From the NCBI GenBank assembly GCA_964533745.1, contig CAZHML010000004.1:3514-67513 (forward strand): a stretch of DNA of 64,000 bases. Direction: 5' to 3'. The DNA is from an uncultured Microbacterium sp. (GTDB lineage: Bacteria > Actinomycetota > Actinomycetes > Actinomycetales > Microbacteriaceae). Under the pieces are notes generated by a model. That model was not told where the DNA came from. It searched no databases and saw nothing but the letters and a program-made list of their open reading frames with translations. This document shows positions 1 to 8,451 of this stretch, piece by piece. A program made the position numbers and the translations under genes. Every line of letters begins with the position of its first letter. Position 1 is the first letter of the stretch.

Positions 1-280
1 CGAAGTCGGCGTTCTCGGCGAGAAATCCGTATCCCGGATGCACCGCATCCGCCCCCGAGCGTCGCGCAATCGACAGGATCTTGTCGATCTGCAGATACGT
101 GTCGGCGCTGGTCGATCCGCCGAGGGCATAGGCCTCGTCGGCGAGCCGGGCATGCAGGGCATCCCGGTCCTGATCGGCGTAGACGGCGACCGAGGCGATG
201 CCGCAGTCGCCTGCGGCGCGGATGATGCGGACGGCGATCTCGCCGCGGTTGGCGATGAGCACCTTGGCGATGTCAGGCAT
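1..280 (-). CDS. Acetyl/propionyl-CoA carboxylase alpha subunit (biotin carboxylase), N-terminal part, runs off the window
   Basis: Manual translation from the ATG at 280: [22 protein letters not shown]...[16 protein letters not shown], the standard biotin carboxylase N-terminal motifs. Not in the ORF track. Confidence 0.93.
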   Translation of the reverse strand, partial: MPDIAKVLIANRGEIAVRIIRAAGDCGIASVAVYADQDRDALHARLADEAYALGGSTSADTYLQIDKILSIARRSGADAVHPGYGFLAENADF

Positions 281-363
281 GCGTTCCAGCCTAGCCATCC
301 GGTGCCCCGACCGTTTGACATGTTCAGACAAGAAAACGGGGGATGCGTAGCGGAGTGTCTACA

Positions 364-387
364 CCCGTCGACAGGCTCAGGGACCGG
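364..387. repeat. REP-like 24-mer (CCCGTCGACAGGCTCAGGGACCGG)
   Basis: 23/24 identical to 44913-44936. Contains the Maf stop codon. Confidence 0.7.
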
Positions 388-1021
388 TGGTCCACAGAAG
401 GTGCCAGTCCACGCCGAGTTCTCGCACCAGCCGGCGCACCGTGGAGAGCGACATCCCGACCACTGTCGAAGGATCCCCCTCGACCCGCTCGATGAACGGT
501 CCGCCCAGACTGTCGATCGTGAAGGCCCCGGCGACGTGCAGGGGCTCGCCGGATGCGACGTAGGCCGCGATCTCGGCGTCGGTGACATCGCGCGCGAAGC
601 TGACCGAGGCCATGGCCGCCGACGATGCCTCGCGCGCGGGCGCACCGGGAAGGATGCGGTGCACGGCGTGCCCGGAGTGCAGGATCCCGGTCCGCCCGCG
701 CATCTCGTGCCAGCGGCGGGTGGCCTCCTCGGGCGTGTGCGGCTTGCCGTAGACGCGCCCGTCCAGCGCGAACATCGAGTCGCCGCCGATCACGATGCCG
801 TCGAAGTCGGGATCCTCGGCCCGCAGGCGCTCGGCGACATCGGCGGCCTTGACGCGCGCGAGCAGCAGCACGAGCTCCTCGGGCGGCAGCGCCCCGCCGC
901 GCGCGGCATCGGCCGCGATCGCCTCTTCGTCGACCTCCGGTGCGCGTACGAGCGGGTCGATCCCGGCCTGGCGCAGCAGCATCAGGCGGGCAGGGGATGT
1001 CGAGGCCAGGCACACGCGCAT
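377..1021 (-). CDS. Maf family nucleotide pyrophosphatase
   Basis: LASTSPAR, GGDS, GKP, AGAFTI and VVGM motifs. Confidence 0.93.
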   Translation of the reverse strand: MRVCLASTSPARLMLLRQAGIDPLVRAPEVDEEAIAADAARGGALPPEELVLLLARVKAADVAERLRAEDPDFDGIVIGGDSMFALDGRVYGKPHTPEEATRRWHEMRGRTGILHSGHAVHRILPGAPAREASSAAMASVSFARDVTDAEIAAYVASGEPLHVAGAFTIDSLGGPFIERVEGDPSTVVGMSLSTVRRLVRELGVDWHLLWTTGP

Positions 1022-1055
1022 CCTCCCAGCCTACGGTTCCCGATAGCGTGGGGGA
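1022..1055. promoter_or_regulatory. Back-to-back leaderless promoters
   Basis: TAGGCT (minus, 1028-1033) lies 6 nt before the Maf ATG; TAGCGT (plus, 1044-1049) lies 6 nt before the GTG at 1056. Confidence 0.6.
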
Positions 1056-2432
1056 GTGAGCCGCATCCTCGACCTCGAGATCACCGCGCTCGCGCACGGC
1101 GGCGTGTGCGTGGCCCGGCGCGAGGGGCGAGTCGTCTTCGTGGCGGACGCCGTGCCGGGGGAACGGGTGCGGGCGCTGCGGGATGACGACGCGTCGACGG
1201 GCTCCGCGACCGACGACCGCAGGAGCTTCTGGCGCGCGACCACCGTCGAGGTGCTCGATCCCTCGCCGTACCGCCGTCCGCACATCTGGCCCGAGGCGGA
1301 CCTGGACCGCGACCCCGCCGAGCGTCCCGGCGGTGCCGACCTCGGTCATATTGACCTCGGCTACCAGCGCGAGCTCAAGCGCGGGGTGCTCGCCGAGGCG
1401 CTGGACCGCTTCGCCGGCGGAGGCCTCGCCGCACCCGAGGTGCGCGGGCTCGATGACTCCGACGGCACCCGCTGGCGCACCCGCGTCACCCTGCACGTCG
1501 ATGACGAGGGCAGGATGGGACCCTTCGCCGCCCGCCGCCGTCGGGTGATCGAGGTCACGGACCATCCGCTGGCCCGCCCCGCGATCACCGCGGCCTCTCC
1601 GCGGGCGAGCAGGCCGGGGCGCGTCACGCTCGTCGAACCCGGAGACGGTATCGTGCGCGTCCTCGCGCCCGGGATCGGCACGGCGCACGCCGACCCCGAG
1701 GTCGTCTGGGAGCGCATCGGCGAGCGACGGTTCGCCCTCGACGTGGACGGCTTCTGGCAGGTGCATCCGGCTGCGGCGACTGCCCTGGACGCTGAGGTGC
1801 GGACGCTTCTTTGCGGGCGGGTGGATCCGGATGCCGCGCACCTGGATCTCTACGGCGGCGTCGGCCTCTTCGCCGCGACCCTCGGTGACCTGGGCGCGCG
1901 GCGGATCGTGACCGTGGAGTCCAGCCGCCGGGCGACCGCGCACGCCGAGAAGAACCTCGCCGACATCCCTGTGCGCGCCATCACCGCGCGGGTCGATCGC
2001 TTTCTCGCGCGTCTTGACCCTGCCGAGGCTGCCGGATTCGCCGGGGGCACCGTCGTGCTCGACCCGCCGCGTGCCGGGGCCGGCCGGGCGGTGGTCGAGG
2101 CGATCGCGGACCTGCATCCCGCAGCGATCGTCTACGTCGCCTGCGATCCGGTCGCCCTCGCCCGGGATCTGAAGACCTTCCGCGACCGGGGCTGGGAGGC
2201 GGCCTCCCTGCAGGCTCTCGACCTTTTCCCCCACTCCCATCACTTCGAGACCGTGGCACTTCTGGTTAGGGGGCGTCTCCCCACCCCATCGCCTGCTGCG
2301 CGACGCGGCACGGTGCGCCTCGCGGCGTTGTCGTCGGTCGACGATGCTTCGGCATCGCCTTCCTCCTCCGCCTTGCGATCCACACCGTGCCACGCCGCTC
2401 GCGACGGCTCGGGGCAGGGAGACACCCCCTAG
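1056..2432 (+). CDS. TRAM-domain class I SAM-dependent RNA (uracil-5)-methyltransferase (RlmD/TrmA family)
   Basis: TRAM N-terminus (LAHGG..GRVVFV..PGE), FWQVH, LDLYGGVG, LDPPRAG, YVACDP, DLFPHSHHFE. The last ~54 aa come from an inserted element. Confidence 0.9.
   Translation: MSRILDLEITALAHGGVCVARREGRVVFVADAVPGERVRALRDDDASTGSATDDRRSFWRATTVEVLDPSPYRRPHIWPEADLDRDPAERPGGADLGHIDLGYQRELKRGVLAEALDRFAGGGLAAPEVRGLDDSDGTRWRTRVTLHVDDEGRMGPFAARRRRVIEVTDHPLARPAITAASPRASRPGRVTLVEPGDGIVRVLAPGIGTAHADPEVVWERIGERRFALDVDGFWQVHPAAATALDAEVRTLLCGRVDPDAAHLDLYGGVGLFAATLGDLGARRIVTVESSRRATAHAEKNLADIPVRAITARVDRFLARLDPAEAAGFAGGTVVLDPPRAGAGRAVVEAIADLHPAAIVYVACDPVALARDLKTFRDRGWEAASLQALDLFPHSHHFETVALLVRGRLPTPSPAARRGTVRLAALSSVDDASASPSSSALRSTPCHAARDGSGQGDTP
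2269..2429. mobile_element. 161-bp MITE-like element with terminal inverted repeats and a TA target duplication
   Basis: GGGGGCGTCTCCCCACCCC ... GGGGCAGGGAGACACCCCC (16/19 inverted match). TA at 2267-2268 and 2430-2431. Nested internal inverted repeats. Confidence 0.75.
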
Positions 2433-2441
2433 GCTTACCCC

Positions 2442-3107
2442 ATGAGCACCGTGGCACTCATTGACGACCACGAGTCGGTGCGGCTCGGGCTCGAGGCTGC
2501 CTGCCAGCGCGGTGCGCAGACCGTGATTTTCTCGGGCAGCACGGTCGGCTCGTATCTGCAGTGGCGGCGGGGATCCGGTGCCGCGCCCGCTGAGGTGGTC
2601 GTGCTCGATCTCACCCTGGGCGATGGTACGACCGTGACCGAGAACGTCTTCGCGCTCGTCGATGACGGCTCGAGCGTGGTCGTCCACTCGGTTGCGGATC
2701 GTCCGGCGACGGTGCGCGAGGCGCTCGCCGCCGGTGCCGCGGGCATCGTGAGCAAGTCCTCCTCGCTCGACGAGGTGCTCGCCGCCATCCGGACCGTCGC
2801 CAGCGGAGAGCAGCTCAACAACCTGGAGTGGGCGAGCGCCGTCGACGGCGACCGCGCCTTCGCGGACGCGCAGCTGTCCGCGCGCGAGCGCGAGGTGCTG
2901 CGCCTGTATGCCGCGGGCCTGCCGCTGAAGGCGGTCGCCGAGCGGCTCGGGGTGGCCTACTCGACGGCCAAGGAGAACATCACGCGCGTGCGCACCAAGT
3001 ACGTCGAGGTCGGTCGGCCCGCGCCGACCAAGGTGGACCTGCTCAGGCGTGCCATCGAGGACGGCATCGTCGCAGCCCCCGCGGAGAGCACAAGTGGCGG
3101 CCGCTGA
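2442..3107 (+). CDS. NarL/LuxR family response regulator
   Basis: LIDDH, VVVLDL and SKS receiver motifs; LSAREREVL LuxR HTH. Confidence 0.92.
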   Translation: MSTVALIDDHESVRLGLEAACQRGAQTVIFSGSTVGSYLQWRRGSGAAPAEVVVLDLTLGDGTTVTENVFALVDDGSSVVVHSVADRPATVREALAAGAAGIVSKSSSLDEVLAAIRTVASGEQLNNLEWASAVDGDRAFADAQLSAREREVLRLYAAGLPLKAVAERLGVAYSTAKENITRVRTKYVEVGRPAPTKVDLLRRAIEDGIVAAPAESTSGGR

Positions 3108-4332
3108 ACCGCTGAGCCTGGAACAGGCCTGGGCGCGGATCCCCGCCCCGGCGAGTCTTCAGAACGGGTCCGAGCGCTTCACGGCCGGGCGCATGGAGCG
3201 GATCATGGCGATCGTGGTGGGCGTAGGCGCGATCGCGCTCGGCATCCAGACCTTCTTCGAGAGCCTCGACATGATCGTCGCCGGGCACTCGGCGCAGCTC
3301 ACGCTGTTCTTGGTCGTCCTGCTGTTTCTCGTGACGATGATCGTCGCGTGCCTGTGGGGTCGTGGCGCGTACGTCTTCGCGGGCACCTTCGCGGTCGCCT
3401 ACGCGGTGGCCCTCGCGCTGTGGCCGCTCGTGGTCATCCCCGACGGCCAGCCCGCGGGCGCCCAGCCCTGGATCTTCTTCCTCGTGAACATCGCCACGGT
3501 CGCGGCGATCGTGGCCTTCCCCATGCTCGCGCAGCTGCTGTTCGTGCTGGTGCTGCCCTTCGTCTACGGCTGGGTGCGCATCGTGCAGGGGGACTTCGCC
3601 GAGGGGTTCTGGATCGCGACGGCCTTCGACGTCTCGTTCACGCTGATCCTGGGGATCGTGCTGCTGGCACTGGCCTGGATGTTCCGCTCGGTCGCCGCCG
3701 GTGTCGACGACACGCGGGCGCAGGCTGTGGAGAGCTACTCGGCCGCCGCTGCCACGGCTGCGGTGGAACAGGAGCGCGTGGCCGTGGCAGCCCTCATGCA
3801 CGACAGCGTGCTGGCAGCCCTCATCGCCGCCGAGCGCGCCGAGTCCGAGCGGGAGCGGGAACTCGCGGTCGTGATGGCGCGCGAGGCCCTGACGCGCCTG
3901 GCCAACGCCGAAGAGCATGTCGCGCTCGAGGGCAGCGACGAGCCGGTGGCCTGGGAGCGGGTCGTCGACAAGCTGCAACGGGTGCTCGCCGAGAGTGATC
4001 CGGATGCGACGGTCGAGGCGGTCGGGGACCTGCCGCCGATTCCCGAGCGGGTGGCACGCGCAGCGGCGCTCGCCGCACAGCAGGCATGTCGCAACGCCGT
4101 CGAGCACGCAGGCGGACGAGGGCTGCGGGTGCGTGCCGAGGCCGACGGCGAGGCGGGGTTCACGATCACGATTCGCGACGCCGGGCCCGGGTTCGACGTG
4201 GAGGCCACGCCCGAGGACCGCCTGGGCATCCGCGCTTCGATCGTCGCCCGCATGGCAGCGGTGGCCGGTGCCGCATCCGTCGAGTCGGACGATGAGGGCA
4301 CCGTCGTGACGCTGAGGTGGCCGATCGCATGA
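3094..4332 (+). CDS. Membrane sensor histidine kinase (HisKA_3/HATPase-like)
   Basis: Several TM helices, H-box LMHDSV, N-box RNAVEHA, G1 box IRDAGPGF. GTG start at 3094 chosen for its overlap with the upstream gene. Confidence 0.82.
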   Translation: MAAAEPLSLEQAWARIPAPASLQNGSERFTAGRMERIMAIVVGVGAIALGIQTFFESLDMIVAGHSAQLTLFLVVLLFLVTMIVACLWGRGAYVFAGTFAVAYAVALALWPLVVIPDGQPAGAQPWIFFLVNIATVAAIVAFPMLAQLLFVLVLPFVYGWVRIVQGDFAEGFWIATAFDVSFTLILGIVLLALAWMFRSVAAGVDDTRAQAVESYSAAAATAAVEQERVAVAALMHDSVLAALIAAERAESERERELAVVMAREALTRLANAEEHVALEGSDEPVAWERVVDKLQRVLAESDPDATVEAVGDLPPIPERVARAAALAAQQACRNAVEHAGGRGLRVRAEADGEAGFTITIRDAGPGFDVEATPEDRLGIRASIVARMAAVAGAASVESDDEGTVVTLRWPIA

Positions 4333-5345
4333 CCCTCACCGTTCGCAGTGTCGCCACGGCCCTGGGCCTCGGCTTCTGCCTCTACTACGTCGCGCGGGGT
4401 CTGTGGTGGACCGAGCAGCCCGATACTCCTCCGCTGCTCGTCGGGGCGCTGGCGCTGTATCTCGTGGTCATGGTCGCGGCCACCCTGGTCGACGGCCGGG
4501 AGGAGGGCGGCATGCCGCTGTGGCTGGCGTTGCTGGCCGTGGTGGCGGCCGGTGTGATCCCGGCGATGGCCTCGGCAGGCCTCGCGCCAGAGGCGCGCGA
4601 GGCGCCTTTCGCGACCTGGTACATCGGCGCGGTGGGGCTCGTGTGCGTCGTCTGCGTGGTCAAGCGTCGCCCGATCTTCGGCTGGGCGGCGCTCGCGGTG
4701 CTGATCGTCTCGGCGGTGGCCTGGATGGGCCTGCCGAACGCCTTCCGTCTCGGGCTCGTCGGCTCGATCGTGTGGATGCTGGTGGCTCAGCTTCTGGTGT
4801 GGATGTGGGCGCGTGCGATGCGCGATACCGCGCGGATGGCCGACATCCAGCGACAGGTGGCGGCATGGCGTGCGACCGGGCAGGTGCGTCGGCAGGAGCG
4901 TCGGCTGCGCGTGCGCTACGCGCTGGGCGTGGCAAGTCCGGTGCTCAGCCGGGTGATCGCCACGAGCGGGCGGCTCGACGGACCGGAGCGGTTGCAGGCG
5001 CGGCTGGCCGAGGGGCGGCTGCGTGACGAACTGCGCGGCGCGGGGCTGCTCAGCAACGACGTGCGGGATGCCATCGAGCGCGCGCGGCGGGACGGGGCAT
5101 CCGTCACGGTGCTCGACGAGGGCGGCATGGAGGGGATCGATGAGTTCCGGCGGGCCGAGATCCAGGCGGAACTGGCCGAGATCCTGAAGGACGCCGGGAC
5201 CATGCGGGTGATCGTGCGCTCGGCGTCGCATCCCGAGACCGCGGTGACCATCGTCGGGCGCAACGCCTCAGGCGAGCCCTCGGATCACGATGCTGTCGGG
5301 CTCTGGCGTGAGATCCCGCGGATGAGGCAGGATGGAGCACTATGA
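4329..5345 (+). CDS. Hypothetical membrane protein, possibly a degenerate kinase partner
   Basis: ATGA overlap with the kinase; ~5 TM helices, then a coiled coil and a cytoplasmic domain (LAEGRLRDELRG, VTVLDEG). Confidence 0.75.
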   Translation: MTLTVRSVATALGLGFCLYYVARGLWWTEQPDTPPLLVGALALYLVVMVAATLVDGREEGGMPLWLALLAVVAAGVIPAMASAGLAPEAREAPFATWYIGAVGLVCVVCVVKRRPIFGWAALAVLIVSAVAWMGLPNAFRLGLVGSIVWMLVAQLLVWMWARAMRDTARMADIQRQVAAWRATGQVRRQERRLRVRYALGVASPVLSRVIATSGRLDGPERLQARLAEGRLRDELRGAGLLSNDVRDAIERARRDGASVTVLDEGGMEGIDEFRRAEIQAELAEILKDAGTMRVIVRSASHPETAVTIVGRNASGEPSDHDAVGLWREIPRMRQDGAL

Positions 5346-5986
5346 GCGATCTCGGTATGCCCGCGCAGACTCCTCCCGGTTGGTATTCCGATCCCGCAGG
5401 CGTCCTGCGTTGGTGGGATGGCACCGGATGGACCCAGAGCACCCGGGGTGCGGCCGGCCAGATGCCGGTCACCTTCGAGCGTCCTCGCATCCCGGATGAC
5501 ACGCCCGTCGACAGTGCCTGGGTCTGGGTCGTGGCACTGGTGGGCTTCGTCACCGTACCCTTGATCTTCCTGTTCGACGTGGACGCCATCGTGCGCGCTT
5601 ATGCGGCAGTGCCGGGGGGCGGGGACCTCAGTGGGGTCGTCGATGCGACGGTCGCCATCCTCGTGTGGACTCTGGTGCTGTCGGTTGTGAGCCTCGGCGT
5701 GATGGCGCTGTATGTGATCGCGGCGTTCCGCGACTACAAGAGACTGGGATCGCTCGGGGTGCAGCGTCCGTTCCACTGGGCCTTCGCCTTTCTCGGCCCC
5801 ATCGTCTACCTGATCGGTCGGCACGTCGTTCTGCGCAAAGTGATGCGCACGCCGGGGTGGCCGCTGTGGGTGCACATCGCGCTGCAGGTGATCACGCTGA
5901 TCGTCGTCATGGTCTGGACCGTGTGGTTCGTGCAGGCCTTGCTGACCGGGATCGTCGTGGCCTTGGGGGCGATGCCGCTGGCGTAG
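5342..5986 (+). CDS. DUF2510 domain membrane protein
   Basis: PPGWYSDP..LRWWDGTGWT motif followed by TM helices. Confidence 0.85.
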   Translation: MSDLGMPAQTPPGWYSDPAGVLRWWDGTGWTQSTRGAAGQMPVTFERPRIPDDTPVDSAWVWVVALVGFVTVPLIFLFDVDAIVRAYAAVPGGGDLSGVVDATVAILVWTLVLSVVSLGVMALYVIAAFRDYKRLGSLGVQRPFHWAFAFLGPIVYLIGRHVVLRKVMRTPGWPLWVHIALQVITLIVVMVWTVWFVQALLTGIVVALGAMPLA

Positions 5987-6025
5987 GGGCGTTCGTCGCG
6001 GGTTCACAGCGACACCCCCGGAACA

Positions 6026-6068
6026 AAAGAAATCCGCCCGGCCCCTATGGGACCGAGCGGATTTCTTT
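6026..6068. terminator. Bidirectional intrinsic terminator directly after tRNA-Met
   Basis: AAAGAAATCCGC...GCGGATTTCTTT inverted repeat between convergent genes. Confidence 0.8.
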
Positions 6069-6070
6069 CG

Positions 6071-6144
6071 TTGCGGGGACAGGATTTGAACCTGCGACCT
6101 CCGGGTTATGAGCCCGGCGAGCTACCGAACTGCTCCACCCCGCG
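6071..6144 (-). tRNA. Initiator tRNA-fMet (CAT)
   Basis: CGCGGGGTGGAGCAGTTCGGTAGCTCGCCGGGCTCATAACCCGGAGGTCGCAGGTTCAAATCCTGTCCCCGCAA; C1:A72 mismatch, GGG/CCC anticodon stem, CCA not encoded. Confidence 0.97.
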
Positions 6145-6190
6145 GCACAAGGATCAAGCTTAGCACGGGATCCGCGGCGGGGTTTCGACG

Positions 6191-6236
6191 TGGACCGAAG
6201 CGTGGACTGAAGCCTGGACCGAAGCCTGGACGAAGG
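6191..6236. repeat. 12-bp imperfect tandem repeat (TGGACCGAAGCC), ~4 copies
   Basis: tggaccgaagcg tggactgaagcc tggaccgaagcc tggacgaagg. Confidence 0.75.
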
Positions 6237-6266
6237 GGTGGATGGATGCGTGGGAGGATGGGGGGC

Positions 6267-7085
6267 ATGGCCTCCACATCCGACGCCCCCGGCAGCCTCA
6301 CCGTCGCGGTGTGCCAGTTCGCGCCCGGTGCTGACCGGGCCGAGAACCGTCGACGCATCGCCGAGCAGACGGCGGAGGCGACATCCCGCGGGGCGACGCT
6401 CGTGGTCTTCCCCGAGTACTCCAGCTACTTCGTCGCGGAGATGGACGAGTCGCTCGCCGAGAACGCCGAGCCCCTGGATGGACCCTTCGCCGCGCACCTG
6501 CGCGGACTCGCGCAGCAGCACGGCATCACGATCGTGGCAGGGCTGATCGAGGCGGGGACCGGTCGCATGGTGCGCAACACCGCCGTCGCGGTGGACGGCT
6601 CCGGCATCCGCGCCGTCCACCGCAAGCAGCACCTCTACGACGCCTTCGGCTTCACCGAGTCGGACTGGGTCGAGCCGGGCGATCCCGGTGCGCCCCAGAC
6701 CTTCGCGCTCGACGGCTTCACGGTGGGCCTGATGACCTGCTACGACCTGCGATTCCCGGAGGTGGCGCGCATGCTCGCGGACGCCGGGGCCGACGCCATC
6801 GTCGTCCCGGCTGATTGGATCCGCGGCCCGCTGAAAGAGGAGCACTGGCGTACGCTCCTGGCCGCCCGCGCGATCGAGAACACCGCATACGTCGTCGCCG
6901 CCGACCAGCCGGTGCCTACCGGCATCGGGCACTCGCTCGTGATCGACCCGCAGGGGGTGGCAGTGGCATCCGCCGGCATCGCCCCGGGGATCGCGACGGC
7001 ACGCCTCGAACGCGACGTGATCGCGCGCGTCCGCGAAGCCAACCCGGTGCTGCGCCAGAGGCGCTACCGGGTCGTGCCGGACTAG
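6267..7085 (+). CDS. Carbon-nitrogen hydrolase (nitrilase/Nit family)
   Basis: VFPE, RKQHLYD and TCYDLRFPE catalytic E-K-C triad; RAIEN. Confidence 0.92.
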   Translation: MASTSDAPGSLTVAVCQFAPGADRAENRRRIAEQTAEATSRGATLVVFPEYSSYFVAEMDESLAENAEPLDGPFAAHLRGLAQQHGITIVAGLIEAGTGRMVRNTAVAVDGSGIRAVHRKQHLYDAFGFTESDWVEPGDPGAPQTFALDGFTVGLMTCYDLRFPEVARMLADAGADAIVVPADWIRGPLKEEHWRTLLAARAIENTAYVVAADQPVPTGIGHSLVIDPQGVAVASAGIAPGIATARLERDVIARVREANPVLRQRRYRVVPD

Positions 7086-7131
7086 GCGGCGGGTCCTGCC
7101 GGAATAGGCACCGGGTCGTGCCGGGCTAGGT
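7066..7131. repeat. 22-bp tandem triplication of the CN-hydrolase 3' end
   Basis: accgggtcgtgccggactaggc / ggcgggtcctgccggaataggc / accgggtcgtgccgggctaggt. Confidence 0.8.
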
Positions 7132-8340
7132 GCCCGCTAGCCCCGCCAGCCCCGCTAGCCGTGCCGAGGCCTCCTCAAGCATCTCGACCCTCTTGCACGC
7201 GGCAAAGCGCACGAGCCCGGCGTAGCCGGCCCGGCGCTCCGGTGTGACGAAGGCGGTCAGCGGGATCGCGACCACCCCCGCCCGCTCCGGCAGCGAGCGG
7301 CAGAAGGCCGCGGCATCCGCCCCGCCGAGCCCGGTCGCATCGGCGACGGTGAAGTAGCCGCCCTGCGGCGCGAAGACCTCGAACCCGGCTGTGCGCAGGC
7401 CCGCGCCGAGGATCTCGTGCTTGCGCGCGAGGGTCGCCGCGGCATCCGTGAAGAACGCATCGCCCAGCCGCAGCCCCACCGCGACCGCCGGCTGGAACGG
7501 CGCGCCGTTGACGTACGTCAGGTACTGCTTCACGGTGAGCACCGCCGTGATGAGGTCGGCGGGACCGTGCACCCAGCCGATCTTCCAGCCGGTCGCCGAG
7601 AAGGTCTTGCCGGCCGAGGAGATCGTCAGGGTGCGCTCTGCCGCGCCCGGCATCGTCGCGATCGGCACGTGGCCGCCCTCGAAGACGAGGTGCTCGTAGA
7701 CCTCGTCGGTCAGGATGATCGCGTCGTGCAGGTTCGCCAGCCGCACGATCTCGGCGCGCACCTCAGCCGAGAACACCGCGCCGGTGGGGTTGTGCGGGTC
7801 GTTCACCAGGATGATGCGGGTGCGGTCGCCGACGACCTCGGCGAGCTGCTGGAGGTCGGGCTGGAAGTCGCCGCGCCGCAGCGGCACCGTGCGCAGCCGC
7901 GCGCCCGCGAGAGCAACCGCCGCCGCGTAGGAGTCATAGTAGGGCTCGAAGACGACGATCTCGTCCTCGGGCGAGTCGATGAGCGCCAGAAGGGCCGCGG
8001 TCAGGGCCTCGGTGGCACCCGCGGTCACGATCACCTCGGTCTCGGGGTCGGCCTCGAGCCCGTAGAAGCGCCGCTGATGCTCGCTGATGGCAAGGCGCAG
8101 ATCCCGGATCCCGCGACCCGGCGGGTACTGATTCTCACCATTCGAGATGGCTGCGCGCGCGGCATCCAGAACCTCGGCCGGGCCGTCCTCGTCGGGAAAA
8201 CCCTGCCCGAGGTTGATCGCACCGGTGCGGCCCGCCAGGGCCGACATCTCTGCGAAAATAGTGGGGGCGATGCCCCCGTCATCGCCGAGCAGTCCCGCTC
8301 CCGCCGCCGTGCGCCGCCAAGCTCCTGGAATGTGACTCAT
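7126..8340 (-). CDS. Class I/II PLP aminotransferase (DapC/YbdL-like)
   Basis: INLGQGFPD, PHNPTG, DEVYEH, SAGKTFSATGWKIG. Start at MSHIPG. Confidence 0.9.
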   Translation of the reverse strand: MSHIPGAWRRTAAGAGLLGDDGGIAPTIFAEMSALAGRTGAINLGQGFPDEDGPAEVLDAARAAISNGENQYPPGRGIRDLRLAISEHQRRFYGLEADPETEVIVTAGATEALTAALLALIDSPEDEIVVFEPYYDSYAAAVALAGARLRTVPLRRGDFQPDLQQLAEVVGDRTRIILVNDPHNPTGAVFSAEVRAEIVRLANLHDAIILTDEVYEHLVFEGGHVPIATMPGAAERTLTISSAGKTFSATGWKIGWVHGPADLITAVLTVKQYLTYVNGAPFQPAVAVGLRLGDAFFTDAAATLARKHEILGAGLRTAGFEVFAPQGGYFTVADATGLGGADAAAFCRSLPERAGVVAIPLTAFVTPERRAGYAGLVRFAACKRVEMLEEASARLAGLAGLAGT

Positions 8341-8451
8341 GCAATCCAGGGTAGGGCCATAGGGGATCTTCACCGCCGACATAGCAAACGCACAGCCGGA
8401 CGAGGCACTCTGAGAGGGCCATCGTCGAGAGGGCATCCCGAAGGAGCAGAC

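Noticed and set aside
324-2687. 787-aa minus-strand ORF and many similar long antisense ORFs (e.g. 40360-42042, 60413-61969, 25461-26999)
   Set aside because: Shadow frames of well-supported genes. Long stop-free antisense frames are expected at this GC content, and they show no motifs.
6071-6144. tRNA-Met as an island integration site
   Set aside because: No duplicated tRNA 3' end or integrase was seen, and the flanking genes look like backbone.
7417-8451. N-terminal extension making HtrA 787 aa
   Set aside because: It is antisense to the aminotransferase; a good RBS and ATG lie at 8452.
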